DNA from: Lama glama
Lineage: Eukaryota
Direction: 5' to 3'
Length of the DNA: 64,000 nucleotides
Assembly: GCA_028534125.1 (NCBI GenBank)
Contig: CM052817.1
Location: forward strand, 60,390,001 to 60,454,000
Part shown: positions 38,391 to 52,171 of the stretch, piece after piece
Position numbering within the stretch: position 1 is the stretch's first letter
How the letters are laid out: every line of letters begins with the position of its first letter
Made by a program: the position numbers and the translations under genes
The notes under the pieces: generated by a model
What the model was told of the DNA's origin: nothing
Database searches by the model: none
Seen by the model: only the letters and a program-made list of their open reading frames with translations

Positions 38391-40478
38391 GGCTTTAAAA
38401 CTATAGATATTAATTACACTTTAATGTAAGTTTGAGCAAATTTTTAACAAAACTATTTAGAAAATATTTTTCTTGGGTTATCTCCATATAGGTTATTTAA
38501 CCAAAAAAATTCCTTTTTATACTAGTGTGATCAAAGAATTTACACAAATTTCTACAAATTTATTTTTATCAAAATTTCACATGTGCTCAATAAATGTTTT
38601 TTGAGTATTTATAAAATGAATAATGAGCAACAGAAGTTTCTTTCTCATTCCTCTCTACTTTCTATTTATACTCTCTGAAGGTAACCTTTAGTACTTGTTT
38701 TGTTTTAGCTACTCCTGTTACATTCCAAATATTTAAAATAACATTTTCACACTGCTTTTCCTTGGTTTTTCAGATACTGATATGACCTATTGACAGACTA
38801 CCCTGGAATTAGATTGTATATATTAATTCACATAAAGTTACCTTTCCTCCCAATATAGTTTTAACACATTTATATCTAACTTCTTATTCAGGATTATCAT
38901 TAATATGACCATGTGAACATTCTTTCATGGTTCCAGGGAGGCTCTGATTGTTCGTTCAATATATGTACTTTCAGTGAATCACCTTATTTTTTGTTCAAGA
39001 CATCACTAAACCACCCATACGTTCCCTGGTTTTCTAAAGAAAAATTTTAAACTAAGATCTTGTTGCCTCAGCTGTAAGTGTTTTTTTCCTTCTAATTAAG
39101 TTACAAAAGTAAAATATAACTAGCATGCATAGCATCACCATTATGTTTTGATTTTAAATTTCTTATTGGAATTTTTCAATATCACACTTATCAATAATCC
39201 TTAAAACTTGTGTAAAATATTTGCATTATTAACTTTTGAAAATGATTAATGGAATAGAAAACCTACAATAAACCAAATTTCTTGCATCTTCATTTAGAGA
39301 TACGTTTTTCTCCTTGAACTCAGAGTGTGATACTAGCCTAGGTGTTGACTTTTGTTGCCCACTTTGGATGAACGTACATACAACTACTAAAGTACAAACT
39401 TGTCAAATTGTCTTTGCATCTATATTTTGTATTATATCTTAAATTTACATGATTTAGAGGGCTCAATGGCTTCACTCTCTTTATGTCATAATTTGTTCCC
39501 CAAAATAAAATATCTTAAGAGAAGGAGTAATCTAGCACTTTTGTTTCACCTTTATTGAAATAACAACAACATCAAACTCTAGTGTCTTTACATTTACTTT
39601 GTGTTTATATCCTGTATATCTTTAAAATTTATTAAACTACATCTCAAAAACCACTATCGATTTCTATAAATTGAAACAGCCATTGATTTACTAAAGAGGA
39701 CTTAATTCAGCTCTCCAGGAAAAACTTATTCTTTATTCATGATTTACTGTCTCCTCAACTCCATTCAGATATTTTGCAGATTGGATAGCCCTTGACATTT
39801 TGATGAACCACCTGACAATTTCAATCATAGGTTGGATTTCAAACAACAAATGTTTGAGATATTCCATGTTTTGAATTATATCTGTAATTCTCAACCCTAA
39901 AAATGTCCTTTGCCAGTCTCTCAAGAACATTTTTCCATTTGAAATGTTTTCTTTTAGTTATATTTAGTTATTTATTTAGTTGTACTATTATTATTTAGTT
40001 ATATTAGTTTTCTTAAAGTTATATTCAAAGCTAAAGAGATGAATTTTCCCATTAGTATGCACTTTTACAAATATAATTAGGACAGAGAAAAATTTCACTA
40101 CTTAGCAGAATGATACAATGTTCTAGCTATAAAGCTAGATCATCCTTTGACCTAATTCTTTCTCTTTCCTGTTATTGTTTTAGTCACAATTCTTATTGGG
40201 TATTTTAAGTCTTTGACCTAATTTTTCCTTTAATTTGTAGAGAAATTTATCACAAAGCTTTAAGTGAAAAAAAAACACATAGTTTTCAAGTATATATACA
40301 ATATAATTCAAAATTCTTTTGCAAATTGATTTTGATTTTTATTAAGACAAATCAGAAAAATTACAAACTAATTTGAAAAATAGTTATCTGGAAATTAATC
40401 TTAGATTTTATTATCTCTTAATATAACTCTAAGTATCAAAAAAATCAAATAAAGATAGTTGACTATGTATTTTTCCCA

Positions 40479-40613
40479 TTTTTAACTGAAGTATAGCTGA
40501 CTTACAGTGTATTAGTTTCCAATGAACAGCATAGTGATTCAGTTATGCATATATATGTACATATTCTTTTTCATTACAGGTTACTACAAGCCACTGAATA
40601 TAGTTCTCTGTGC
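40479..40613 (-). mobile_element. Short L1 3' end, cetartiodactyl type
   Basis: aactgaagtatagctgacttacagtg...acagcatagtgattcagtt...ggttactacaagccactgaatatagttctctgtgc. Confidence 0.8.
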
Positions 40614-43064
40614 ACTGTTTTTTAAACTATATATATGCTAGATAAAGTTTAAGAAAATTAGAGGGGTTAAAGAGGACATATTTTATTTTAAGTGGAGGTT
40701 TTTACTCTGATTCTTAAGAAAAGCAGGTTGAAACTGAGGAGAATCTTTATAATCATTTAACGGTTTTATTCTATGACCAAAAAAAAAAATTTTAGAAAGA
40801 ATTCACTCATTTTTATAGGTCACTTAGTAAGAAATAGTGCTTATCTGCTCCTTCCCACTCTGTACACCAGAATCTTAACTGTATTAGCAAACACCTACTT
40901 CTCAGATGTTGAGATAGAGACTTTTACTGTAGCCTTCATAATTACAAACATCAATTTGTTGAATATAATTGAGCTCATGTGATGATTTTTTAATACGTAA
41001 TATTTAATTGTTAACAAATTCTCTTTATATTTATGAATATTTTTACAAATAATAAATTATGTGTATTGTAGTTATTCTAAATCTTCAGTCTCTCACCTTT
41101 AAGGATAGTTTTTAAAAATCTTATTTAAAAATAACTATAAAAATATTATTCAGATTTTTCTTCTTGTCAGAAGCAGATTTGGTTAATTGTCTTCTGTGTG
41201 TCCCCAGCTGTTTCTGTCTAAACCCAGTCTGTCCTGGCATATCAGTTCTTTGTATCAAAGTGTAGTAACTATTTATGTAAAAATATCAGTCTCAGTTTTC
41301 CATTTATTCAAAGTTCATTTTAAGTATACTTTATTTATTAATAATATTTCAGTAAAAGTTTATCTCTGTCCATTGTATTCTGGAAAATGCCAACCAGAAT
41401 TTGCTCATTGTACTCAGAATGCCTTCTATCCATTGCTACCTGACCATTCACCATTCTGTTTATGCTTCTACAGTACCTCCTATAGCAATATTCTGCCCTT
41501 TGTATTCTGCATTTGAAGACTCGATGGTGATAGGTTACTGTTCAACTCTTTTTGTTGGGGCTAGTATCTTATGGATATAACCATAACTTTGGAAAAGAGT
41601 AATAGTAATTTACCTACACAGAAACTGGAGTCGTAACTTATTAGCATTTAGCTAACCTCACTGTAAATCATACTGCAGGTCTGAGTGAATCGTGTGTACA
41701 GGAATGAGCATGCTAAACCAAATCCCAGAGGCCCTTTCTTCATTAGACAATAATCCTTAGTCTGTAGTGGGACATTTATGTATATATTTTAAAACTCCAT
41801 GTTATACCAGTGTCTGCAAAACAAAACAAAACAATCATACAAGTAAAAAACAGATCACTCTATTTCAACAACTGTGTTGATCAGATCAGAGAACGGTATT
41901 TACTTCGCTATGTTCTTGTCCTTAAGTCTCACAAGAGTAAGTACTGTCAGAATACTCGGAAAGAAATCCTTATGTCTTCAAGGCCTCTTAGAAGAAAGGC
42001 TTTTGAAGCTTATTAACCAACTTGCATTATGACTGTTCTCAGATTTCTCTGGAGAGGAGAACAGGTGGCTCTCAAACTGCAGCCATTAGTGCATCTCTTG
42101 GGTCTGAGGGAGACCAGGGAATTATCATGATAGATCTGTCTTTGCTGTCTGACTTTTTTAATCTGACCTGAGTAAACTGTGAAATTAGGCTAAATATGAG
42201 ACCATCCTGTGAAACAGTGCTGAGTATTTAAGTAAACTGTGAAGCATATGGGAGATTCAGAATCAGTTTGTAACTATTTAAAAGGGACCAGGAAAGTCCT
42301 GGCACATATACCCAGGCCACTCCTTGAATTATAATCCACAGTTGTGCCACACAGCTTTTATGGCTTCAGTGCTAGTGACAGAAACACACCTTAGTCCCAT
42401 TGTATAATTCCTAATGAAAAATAACTCTCAAAAGAAAAACTGACTAAAGAGCAGAAATATATACAGTAATCTTAAGAGGATTTTTTTTTCCTTTCTCTTT
42501 ATCTGCCTGGAGTTAGTGAAAACAAGCCTTGACACATCATTTATTTAACATCTTAGCAAAACTGATTCTTACTGTTGAACCTGAAAGAGCATATAAGAAA
42601 TAAAGAACAGGCAAATCCAGTTATTATTTCAGGATCTAAAGGATCTAATTGGTAGCCAGAGTTCAAGGCTGACCTTATCAGTTGGAGATGGGAAAAAAAA
42701 AGAAAAACCCACAACAGTAAGATAAAAATAATGTTTACCTATCTCCAAAATTCAATTCTTGTAAATAATAACCCATCAGTACAAACGGAAAATTGTGTGA
42801 TCAGGATAATTTATGTAAAGGTATGATTCGTGCCACAAGGATTAGGGGTATAAATAGCAACAATTTAATATGTGTAAAGAAGTTTACTTCAAATTAGAAA
42901 CTATTTTTAAGCAATAGGCTTAAAATTACTCTATTCTTTTGTCTTTTCTTCTATGCATAGGAGTAAGGCCTTAGTTACTTGTGCTGGAATGTTACATGTA
43001 CACTGGCAGGCACTATTGTACTTTTGATATTTCTAATAAGCATTTACTGGGGCTAGGCTGAAAT

Positions 43065-43190
43065 CTCACTTAGAACAAAGACCAGGTCTGTCCTGCTCAA
43101 TGGAACAACTCCAGTCTTAGCACTGTGGCTAGCATATTTCAGGTGCTCAAAAAGTTTGAATGGTTTTGTTAAATTAATTGAATGGGTATA
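43065..43190 (+). mobile_element. L2 3' end
   Basis: gaccaggtctgtcctgctca...cttagcactgtggctagcata...aggtgctcaaaaag. Confidence 0.55.
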
Positions 43191-43241
43191 GAATCAATGC
43201 CAAGTCATCACACCCAGTCCCTGACCAGGGCTTTTATAAAG

Positions 43242-43424
43242 CAGTGGATCTCAAAATGATTCACTAAACCTGTGACATAAGTACCAACTGCAAACTTGTT
43301 AGAAATGCAAATTCTCAGACTTCATGACCAACATTCACAATCAGAAACTATTGGAGTAGGCCCAACAATCTGTTTAAAAAGCCCTCTGGGTGATTCTAAT
43401 TTGTACTAATATTGAGAATCACCA
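43242..43424. mobile_element. MER5A DNA transposon
   Basis: cagtggatctcaaa...aacttgttagaaatgcaaattctcagac...ggcccaacaatctgttt...gggtgattctaat...ttgagaatcac. Confidence 0.8.
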
Positions 43425-43636
43425 AGGTAAAGAAGCCTCAAATACACTGTACACAGTGATATTAAAGCTTCTTAGAATTATGAGAGTGTCTCGACAGTCT
43501 GTTATAGAAAGATAGCTTCTATGGACAGATTGTGCATAATTTTAATTTCTCGAGAACTTTTCTACTTCTCAAGAATTGCTTCGCTTCAACTAGAGGAACT
43601 ATTCCCTATTCATGTGGAGTAAATTGTGTGTTTTCT

Positions 43637-44140
43637 GTAGGAAGGCAGACTTAGTTGGAGTTCCTGGTGCAGATCCTGAGACAAGGGCTTGGGTGCAGAT
43701 GGTTTATTAGGGAGTTATTCCCAAAAAAGCACAAGTGAGGAAGTGATGAACATGAGACAGTAAAGAGAAAAGCCAGTCAAGAATGTGTTACGAAGAATGG
43801 ATTACAAAAGTGGGCAAATGAGGCTCAGTCCCTCAGCAAACCTGAGAAACTGTGTGTGGAATATAGCTCAGAGTCTCCCCACTGGGAGGTAGGGACTGGA
43901 GCCTTTTTCTACATCCTCCCATCCGCATTGGTTGAGAACTGACCTGCAGTGACACTAACCTACCCCCGCATCTAGGTTACGCTCGTATGTGGCCGAGTAA
44001 GCTGGAGAAAGTCCCGAGGCAGAGAAAAGAAGTGACACAAGCTTTTAAGATGGGACGTGTCAATATGCTGGAAACTGTTTTCACCTGCAGTTGCAGGGCA
44101 GCTCACATGGGCTGAGGGGCTGGGAGGCAAAGAAACCCTC
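43637..44140 (-). mobile_element. ERVL LTR (LTR16-like)
   Basis: gcagatcctgagacaagggcttgggtgcagatggtttattagggagttattccc; tttatt is the antisense polyA signal. Confidence 0.7.
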
Positions 44141-44149
44141 TAACATGAT

Positions 44150-44760
44150 AATCCTCACCCAGTTCACAATACTTAGTTAATGTCTATCAAGATAACGTGC
44201 TCAGAGTTAGTGGTTGGGATTGTAAACATAGATAAAGCATCATCCCCACCTCAAGAAGATTTCAGTGTAGTAGAAAAGTAGACAGATAAAAAGATAATTA
44301 AAATATAACTAGATACCTACATTTATAAGAGGAATTTATAGAGGAGAGAGTGTAGTGACCACGGAGGACTTCTTAGAGGTGATGCTGATAATCGTGACGA
44401 AGGGGAATCTTGAAAGGGACTTAGAGGCCAGCCAGATGAAGAGGCTTTGGGGGGAGAGGAGCTGTGGATAGAAGCCAGAATGATTGAGATGTGAATGGGA
44501 GGTGTGAAAAAAATAGAACCAATCATAGGCAATGTTTGAGATTGTCTATACAAGTCGGTGGAGAGGTCATGTGTTAGGTGCTGGGAAATATGGAGTCCTA
44601 TAGGTGATAAATGGAGAGATGGAAGGCGTGAGAGTATGGATACCTGCACACTACAGGTATCCTACAGGTACCCTGCAGAGGCTGCAGACTCCCTAAGGAG
44701 GAAGGAAGAAAGGGACTCAAAGTTCTATTGAAATGATTAGTCCCTTTTTTGGAGAAAGAG
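44150..44760 (-). mobile_element. L2 fragment
   Basis: aatacttagttaatgtctatc...ccccacctcaagaagatttcagtgtagtag plus a purine-rich antisense L2 body. Confidence 0.55.
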
Positions 44761-44809
44761 TGCCTATTTTACTGTGAAGAGAGGAGAGCAGTGAAGTTAA
44801 AATGGTGTG

Positions 44810-44960
44810 TATTCCTTTGTAAAAATGGGGCAAGTAATAGCAAATACCTTCGCAGGGTTGTTATGAGACCTAACTGATGAATGGCACTACAAGGCACTAC
44901 AGTGTTTACTGCTGCTTCATGGGCAAAATACAAACCCTGAAGTGTTAGCTATTATTATTC
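44810..44960 (+). mobile_element. MIR SINE
   Basis: tttgtaaaaatggg...taatagcaaataccttcgcagggttgttatgag...tgttagctattattatt. Confidence 0.7.
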
Positions 44961-46452
44961 AAATAAGGATTTTGTTTGCTTGCTTTGCTTTTGAATTTAG
45001 AGGGACAGAAATTTGAGGGCTTGAAACCATATCTATGCTACCCATTGGTCTGTCTTTATTGTTATTTAAAGTAGGAAACAGCTACTTGTGAAGTTGTTAG
45101 GAAAATGGGCCAGGAGAACTGTCTGAAGGTTGAACGTCACTGCCATGGGAAATGGGAAGGAGCAAAACGAATGATACATACAGGCAGAAGAATTGCTGGT
45201 TAGAATCAAGTGTCTGGTAAAGGTTAGAAGCCATGATTTTACAGTGACACTAAGCCACACAGCTGTGTGATGCATTTCTAGGAAAGGAGGAACAGTGTCT
45301 TCTCAGACATCTAAACAGCATTCAGGGTAACAGTAGTTGTTTTGTAGAAATTGTGCAGTGTAAACACAGACAGGTAAGCATACATATAAACAATCTTTTT
45401 AAAAAACTTGAAAAAATTTATCAAGAGATTTAAGATCAATGAAAATTCTAAAATGTGTAAGGTATTTTTGAATAATCGTGCACCATGCGATCATAGCCCA
45501 GGTTCCTTTGTCAAGCTTTGTAATTCTGTTCTACAAATGACATTTTGTTTGAGCAGTTAGCAGTTGGTGCCTCCGTTTCAACTGACATTTTGTTACTAAA
45601 CACAGTTCTAACACCATAAGGTGATTTGTCAGTGGTAAGAAAAAGATAGTTTCTATTTCACTACAGTGAAATAGCACAGACGGGATAGTCAGTTGCTTGG
45701 AATTCTGGAAAGTGTCCATACTGTCAAGTCCAACACCATTGCAAACATTTTTATAGTCGGCTGCAAGGTGTACTATTTAATGGAAAAAGCTATGAAAGAA
45801 ACTTAGAAACATCAGGAAGCTTGAAGGTGTTTTGATTCTGTAAAAAGTTCAAGGATCATATCTCCAGTGAGCTTAAGTATCTTGAGAATGATCAACACAA
45901 TTACTTCAGGAATATGGCCACTGAAGTTCACATTTTTCTTTTCTTTTGTTTCTCTTTTGGATACTTTGAGTATCAAAATTATTAAGACGTTTCTTAAGTA
46001 CCTTGTATTTTCCCCTGTGAAGTCTTTTGATTCTAGAATCATCAGTGTTTTCTATCATTATTGATAATAAATTCTTGTCATTATCATTATATCATTATTG
46101 ATATTTTAGAAAGCACAGTCCATGTGAAATACTGGAAAAGCCCAGGGATAACAGAAATATTGAACTAGGAATGCCTTTTAATAAGCAGTAATCATAGTGG
46201 CTTCATCAGTGATGAGCTGTTGATAACCCAGAGTATGACAAATTTACACAAAGGACAGTAGTAGTAAACTGGTTAACTGACTAACTGCAGAAATGTTCCT
46301 AATACCTTATTGCTACAATACCCAAGAATCATTATCCATTTTTCTGTCCTAGAAGCTTTTGGCCCTTTGTCCTGTGATGACAATCAGAAGTTTTGTTTTG
46401 ATGAGAGAATAGGAACAGATAACTCTTTCTCTGAGTAAGCATTAGCTGCCGA

Positions 46453-46453
<1 letters not shown>

Positions 46454-46484
<31 letters not shown>
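46454..46484. repeat. (TG)n microsatellite
   Basis: About 15 perfect TG units. Confidence 0.95.
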
Positions 46485-46487
<3 letters not shown>

Positions 46488-46859
46488 ATCAGCTAATCAG
46501 TATAGCAAGTTGTTAACATTCTGAAAACAATGTGAGAACTAAGACTCAACTAACAGAAAAACAAGTTTTCTTACACCACTTTAAGACAAATGGTCATGGC
46601 GTAGAATGATACATGAAACCACCTGCATTTCTCAGATTCTTCAATGGCTCATTCTTTTCTCTCAAAGGTGTATAGTAGATGCAATAATAAGTTACACAGT
46701 AGAGTTCAAATCCATATGCCACACAGTGTTTTGCAATACCCAGTTTAACTGTAAATATTTTAACTTTGAGGAAAGTATAATAGTTTCTGAAACTTGGGGA
46801 AAGAGGGCTATGAAATCAGTACAGAGGATATTTACTACTTATTCATTCTTCCTTCCACC

Positions 46860-47035
46860 CCTGGCTATATGATTTGGATGATTTACTTCAGTGTCTTCAT
46901 ATGTAAGGCAGACATAATTGTAGAGCTCTCATCATAAGGATATCGTGAGCATTAAATAAGTTACTATACATAAAAGCACTGGTGCCTGGCACATAGTAAG
47001 CACTCAATTAATATTAGCTTTTATTATTATTATTG
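46860..47035 (+). mobile_element. MIR SINE
   Basis: cttcagtgtcttcatatgtaag...gtgcctggcacatagtaagcactcaattaatattagc. Confidence 0.8.
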
Positions 47036-47164
47036 ATGTGCTACAAGCAGCATTCAATTAACAGTTACTGAATTAAATAAATGCACTTGTACTCACCTGT
47101 GAGTATGAACAAAACTACTGCAGCAACCTGAGTGAAGAAGGGAAAGAGGACTAACAAAGGAAAG

Positions 47165-47370
47165 AGATTAGCACGTTTGATACTTAATGTTACAGGTGCT
47201 TTAGATCCATTCATCCATTTAATCCTCACTATACACCTGTGAGAACAGTGTTATTCAGATAATCAGGGAACTGAGAGAATAAGTAACATATCTGACTGTT
47301 AAAGAAAAGACCTGGCATTTAAACTCAAACCCAGTTATTCAAATTTAATGTTCTTTTTTTAATACCACAT
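47165..47370 (-). mobile_element. MIR SINE
   Basis: catttaatcctcac...cctgtgag...gggaactgag...ctggcatttaaactca. Confidence 0.6.
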
Positions 47371-49984
47371 AGTCTCCAAATTCCAGGATATCTGACTTTT
47401 GAAGATTTAAAATATGGTATTTCTGCACTTCATTACCGTGTAAATAATAATAAGATCTCCTAGTTGATAAAATGTGAATTGGGTCATTTTCTTATTGTTT
47501 AATTTTTAAAAATTAAATTCCATCCAGTGACTTCCTTTCAATACAAGTTTATCAGATGGTTTAGTCGTGGATAAAATCCACAGGATCCCCAGATGTGTAA
47601 GCACGTGTTTAGGCTGTATAATTATCTTTTCTTCACAAACAGCGTTTAGTGAAAATTTGCCTTGTGCCTGGCAACAAATTTTACTGAAACCCTACTATCT
47701 TTCACTGATTATTCTAAGGGTATAGACCAGTGACCAAAATGAAATTCTCACCTCTGTGAAGCTTATATTTTAATGTGCACAGAAAGAGACAGGAAATATG
47801 TATGTGTGTGTGTGTTTGTCTCATGTGGGCTAAGTGCATGGGACTGGCAAGGATGGGTATCATAGCAGGCATGCCTATGGAGTAATATTTTGATAGGGAC
47901 CTAGACGAAGGGAAGAGGGGCCATGTGCATGTCTGGGGTGGAAGAGCAATGCAGGAGGCAAAGTGATGGCAAAGGTGGGACTATACTGAGGACAGGAAGA
48001 AAACCAGTCCAGCTGAAGCACAGGGAGTAAGGGGGATATAAAACACACAATGCCCTCACAGACAATTACACAACTACACACTAATTAAGGCTGGAATAAA
48101 GGTTTGTTCACAGTGTTAGAGAGTGCAAAAAGGGGGGGGCAATACTGCCTGGGGTTGGGGAGGTAAGAGTGGGGAAGGATTTGGTGTTCGGTTCAGTCTT
48201 TGAATTTTGAGAACTTCTTTGTCAGGGAGAGGACAGAGAAGAGATCAAAAGCAACAGAGCAAAGGCATGAAAGCTCACAGTTGTGAGGGGCCTGTGTGTT
48301 GTCTTTTGATGTGATCAGTAGACTTCTCTATAAGATTCTTTTTCTTTATTTGCTTCAAGAGAGTAAGAAAGTCTTATTGCATAAATCCCAGCAATTAAGT
48401 TCCAATGTGTCCCCAAATAATCATTTTAAGCCCTGGTCAAAATCCAAGTAATAACATATTCATCTTTTTTGCCAGATATTCTTAAGAATTAATTTACTCT
48501 GCCAAGGGTCATTTAGCTTTTTTTTAAAATAAAGAAATATTTTAATGTCATTCCTTTCTTGTGCTAAAAGTTAACAGATTAGAATATAATAAAACAGGCA
48601 AGGCAAGGGATGAGTGGTCCTTCAACAAACACTGCTTTTCCTAATTGGGGATAATGTACCTTTAATCACTCGAGCTGACATCGAAAAGAATCTCAGTGGA
48701 AGCAGAAACTCACAAAGAATTAAAACAATAACACCGTGATCACTTGCACTGGAAACAACTGTCAAATATTTATTTACATCCTCAAGAGGCAAAGTCTTGA
48801 AATCATGAATTTACTTTTAACCACTGTTCAATCTCTGTTCAATAATATAGCACACAGGAAGGTGGATCTGTGCCATATGATGAACACAGATTCTGTGTTT
48901 TCTTACGTTAGTGCCCATCTTTCCACATTAAGAGGCGTAGCAGGTAGCACACTGTTGGCCAAATCTCAGCGGTGGCATATTTCCATCTCCCAGGGGGTGT
49001 GGGAAGACCCAACTGCACAGCAGTAACAATAATTCTAGCATATCCGTTTATGAAATAACTTTGGCAGTAATGGCAAGAGGATTTGGATGAAAGTGTATTT
49101 GTGGTCTTCCAGCTGGAAGATCAGAGCAGAGATTCTAAAGCAAAAGGCACAGAGTGGGATGGCAGATAGTGGCTGCTTGGATAAGAACAGAAGAGTTGGG
49201 GATCCATGCTGAGCTCAAGGGGAAACGCAAACAAGACAGTCTTTTCAGAATATCTTCTTGCTGCCCACTACCAGCATGAGAGATTACTGATGCCATCTGC
49301 TGGATATATTTGGGATTTAAAAATGGAATCTGCACAAATGATACTCCAGTGCCTCTTTATACTGTGGCTTTAGTTCTTCTAGGGAGGAGAAAAACGAAAG
49401 CCAGATCAGCTGAAAACAGAAAACAAAACAAAGTCAGGTGCATGTTTAGTGTCTCTTAAGAAGTCTGCAACTTTGCATTGCCACTCTGCATTTCTGAGAA
49501 TTACAGTGTTTAGTTGCACTGTGTTTTTTAGCAGAACTGTGTGGTAGTACAGTTTAGTGGTGTGTGACACTCAGGAAACTGGATGTAGAGTTTGTACTAT
49601 AAATCCAGGAACTCCTTGCTAAAAATCTTCTACACATTATGAACTTTATACGTGATATACTCCCTTTTGAACTTTATTGGAGGAAGGATAGTGGTTTGGT
49701 TTGGTTTTGTCTTATTTTGTTTAATTAGAAATGGAGAAAAACGTTAGAGGAAAGAACGAGTATTACTATTTGATCAGAACTATTACATATACATTTGAGT
49801 TTTACATAAGATATGGTCATTCAGTTTTTGTTTTTCTGTGTTCTGGGGAAAATTTCCTTTGTTAGTTGCATTCCCTATAGAACTATTATAAAACTATGCT
49901 TTTAAAATTTAAATACTCCTCATGGTGCTTCAGTAAAAATTCAGAACTCGTGGAAAAGTGTGACTAAATTAAATTGATTCTAGT

Positions 49985-50540
49985 CTGTATCTCCCAAGAA
50001 TTGCTAATCCCGTGAGATTTGTAGTGGAAATGGTTTCTGTGGTCAAATTCATTTGGAATATTCTTACATTCTAAACATCTTCTCTTGGAGTTTCATAAAG
50101 CACATTTATTAAAACATGAGGAGTTGGTATTTACTAAGAGTTTACTATGTGCTATTTTTGCATTTAATCTTTGTCATGATTCTATCATGAAGGCACTATC
50201 ATAAACCCTAGTGACAAATGAGGAAACTGAGGCTTACAGAGTTGGTAACTTGTTCAAAGTCACACTTAAGAAAATGGAGAAAACTCTGATTTTAGAGGTC
50301 TTGCTCTTAAGTCTGAAGCCATACGCCCAAAATAATAATATATGAAACAATATTATGGATTAATATGACCTAGGTTAAGTATATTTCAGTATTGATATTA
50401 ACCTGTTAAAAGCTTTGAGGATTAGTGCAGTGATGACATCTATTTCACATAGCTTAACTTAGCATCTCTAAATCTACTTGGCCATACAGTGCTTACAAAT
50501 TTTAGTGGAAGTAATTTCCCACAGAATACTGAAATGCTGA
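49985..50540. mobile_element. hAT-Charlie-type element apparently interrupted by an antisense MIR (~50125-50325)
   Basis: tctgtggtcaaattcatttggaa...tctcttggagtttcataaagcacatt resumes at ttaaaagctttgagga...gaaatgctg; MIR core acaaatgaggaaactgaggcttacagag lies between. Confidence 0.5.
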
Positions 50541-52147
50541 GATGAGTATAATACAATAGATCAGGAGCCAGGAAGGGAGTAGCCTGTTAGTATTTCTCTG
50601 GCCACTCGCTCCAAATAACTGCTGGTGTCCTTCCCCAGGCACGCCACTCACTCACAGGACTCCACTGGACGGTTTGGAATGGGCAGGAGCAGGAAGCAAA
50701 CACTTGATATCTTTGTTACTGCAGGTGCACAGAGCACGGGAACCCTTTCCATAAATGTGTATTATTTCGTGTATCCTGCAAAGGGAGTAAGCTTAATTTA
50801 GTTAAGCCACAAGGTTGAGTGAAAAACAGCATGCTGCTGTTATTACTGAGTCAATTAAATTGTCCTCTGAGCTTGTAGGAACTGTTCTGCATTTATTACC
50901 AGTGAGCTACACGCACTGGCAGTTTCTTTGCTTCGGATTGTCTTATATTTAGCACATCTAAAGATTTGAGAACGGATGATAGAAGACATGGTGATGAATT
51001 GTTGGGCTTTTCTAAAGATTCAGAAGTTCTAAAGTCCCTGCCAGTGACAGATGGTCTGTCCTTACTCATCACTTGTCTTCCTGACAGGACTTGATTTTTT
51101 TTCCCCCTTTTTTGTTCCGTTCTCTTAAAGTAAGCTCAGCTTCTTGGGAGGTGGGGTAGTCTTATTTGTTATGAGTATGTTTCTGTATATTGCTGTGGTA
51201 GCAGCTCCATGTGAACATGCACCACGCGCCCTCTCGTTATTAATGTGCATGTGTGTAGTGATAAGAGGGAGGTATGGGGCAAAAGGAGAGAGAACAGATT
51301 ACCAAGAGGAATCCATACTTCCTTTCTTCTTCTTATTTTGTAACTGAACCTTCTACAGTCCCCATTGGATAGTTTTTTCTTACTGACTTGCTACTTTCTT
51401 TTGATAGCCCAAGCATAATGTGATGTTTTAGACGGTGTTTCTTATTATGGTAATAAAGTATATATTATTTTAGGACCGTCATTATTTCATAGCAGTCAAA
51501 ATTTTTTGGAAATTTTGGGTTAAAGAAATACAATTAGGGTAGAATAACTTGCTAGACATCTATAATAATCCACAGAATGAGACCAAACAACTATAACAGT
51601 AATGCACTTAGATGTAAACTATGTTCCCACTGAAAAAATTTCCATCAAATTGCTTAATCCTTTTCATTGGCTTAAAATATATTTACTGCTGAAGTAGGAG
51701 ATGTGCTACTTATGTAAGGAAGATGAGAAAATGCAATAGTTTTCTCTAAGTTCTAATATAACTGGAAATAAATACAAAGGCTTAAAATAGTCTAGGATAT
51801 CGTACAATCACTTCTTAATCCTTTATCAAGAAGTAATTCAGTCCTTCAAGTTAGTAATGAAAGTAGTTTGTTACAGCATTACTTAGGCTGAAGTATATTA
51901 AATGGGAAGTGATTAATACAAATATAAAAATTATTAGATGAATTGATTTGGGATTTATAATTAGTTGTTTGACATTTGCTATCTACACAAATGGCTGAGA
52001 ATTTCTTTTTATGTAAATATGTCTTTTATAAGAATGTTCACTACATGTTAGCTCGATTTATAAGATGTGAAAAGGATAAAGAACATTATCACTCCTTTTT
52101 ATCTTTTCTTTTAACTCTACTGTAATTTTCACTTCTCTGGGTGTATA

Positions 52148-52171
52148 TGTGTGTGTGTGTGTGTGTGTGTA
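52148..52171. repeat. (TG)n microsatellite
   Basis: Directly visible. Confidence 0.9.

Noticed and set aside
42171..42243. 13-bp direct repeat agtaaactgtgaa spaced 60 nt apart, resembling a TSD or CRISPR repeat
   Set aside because: Only two copies, no poly(A) or known element between them, and the context is eukaryotic.
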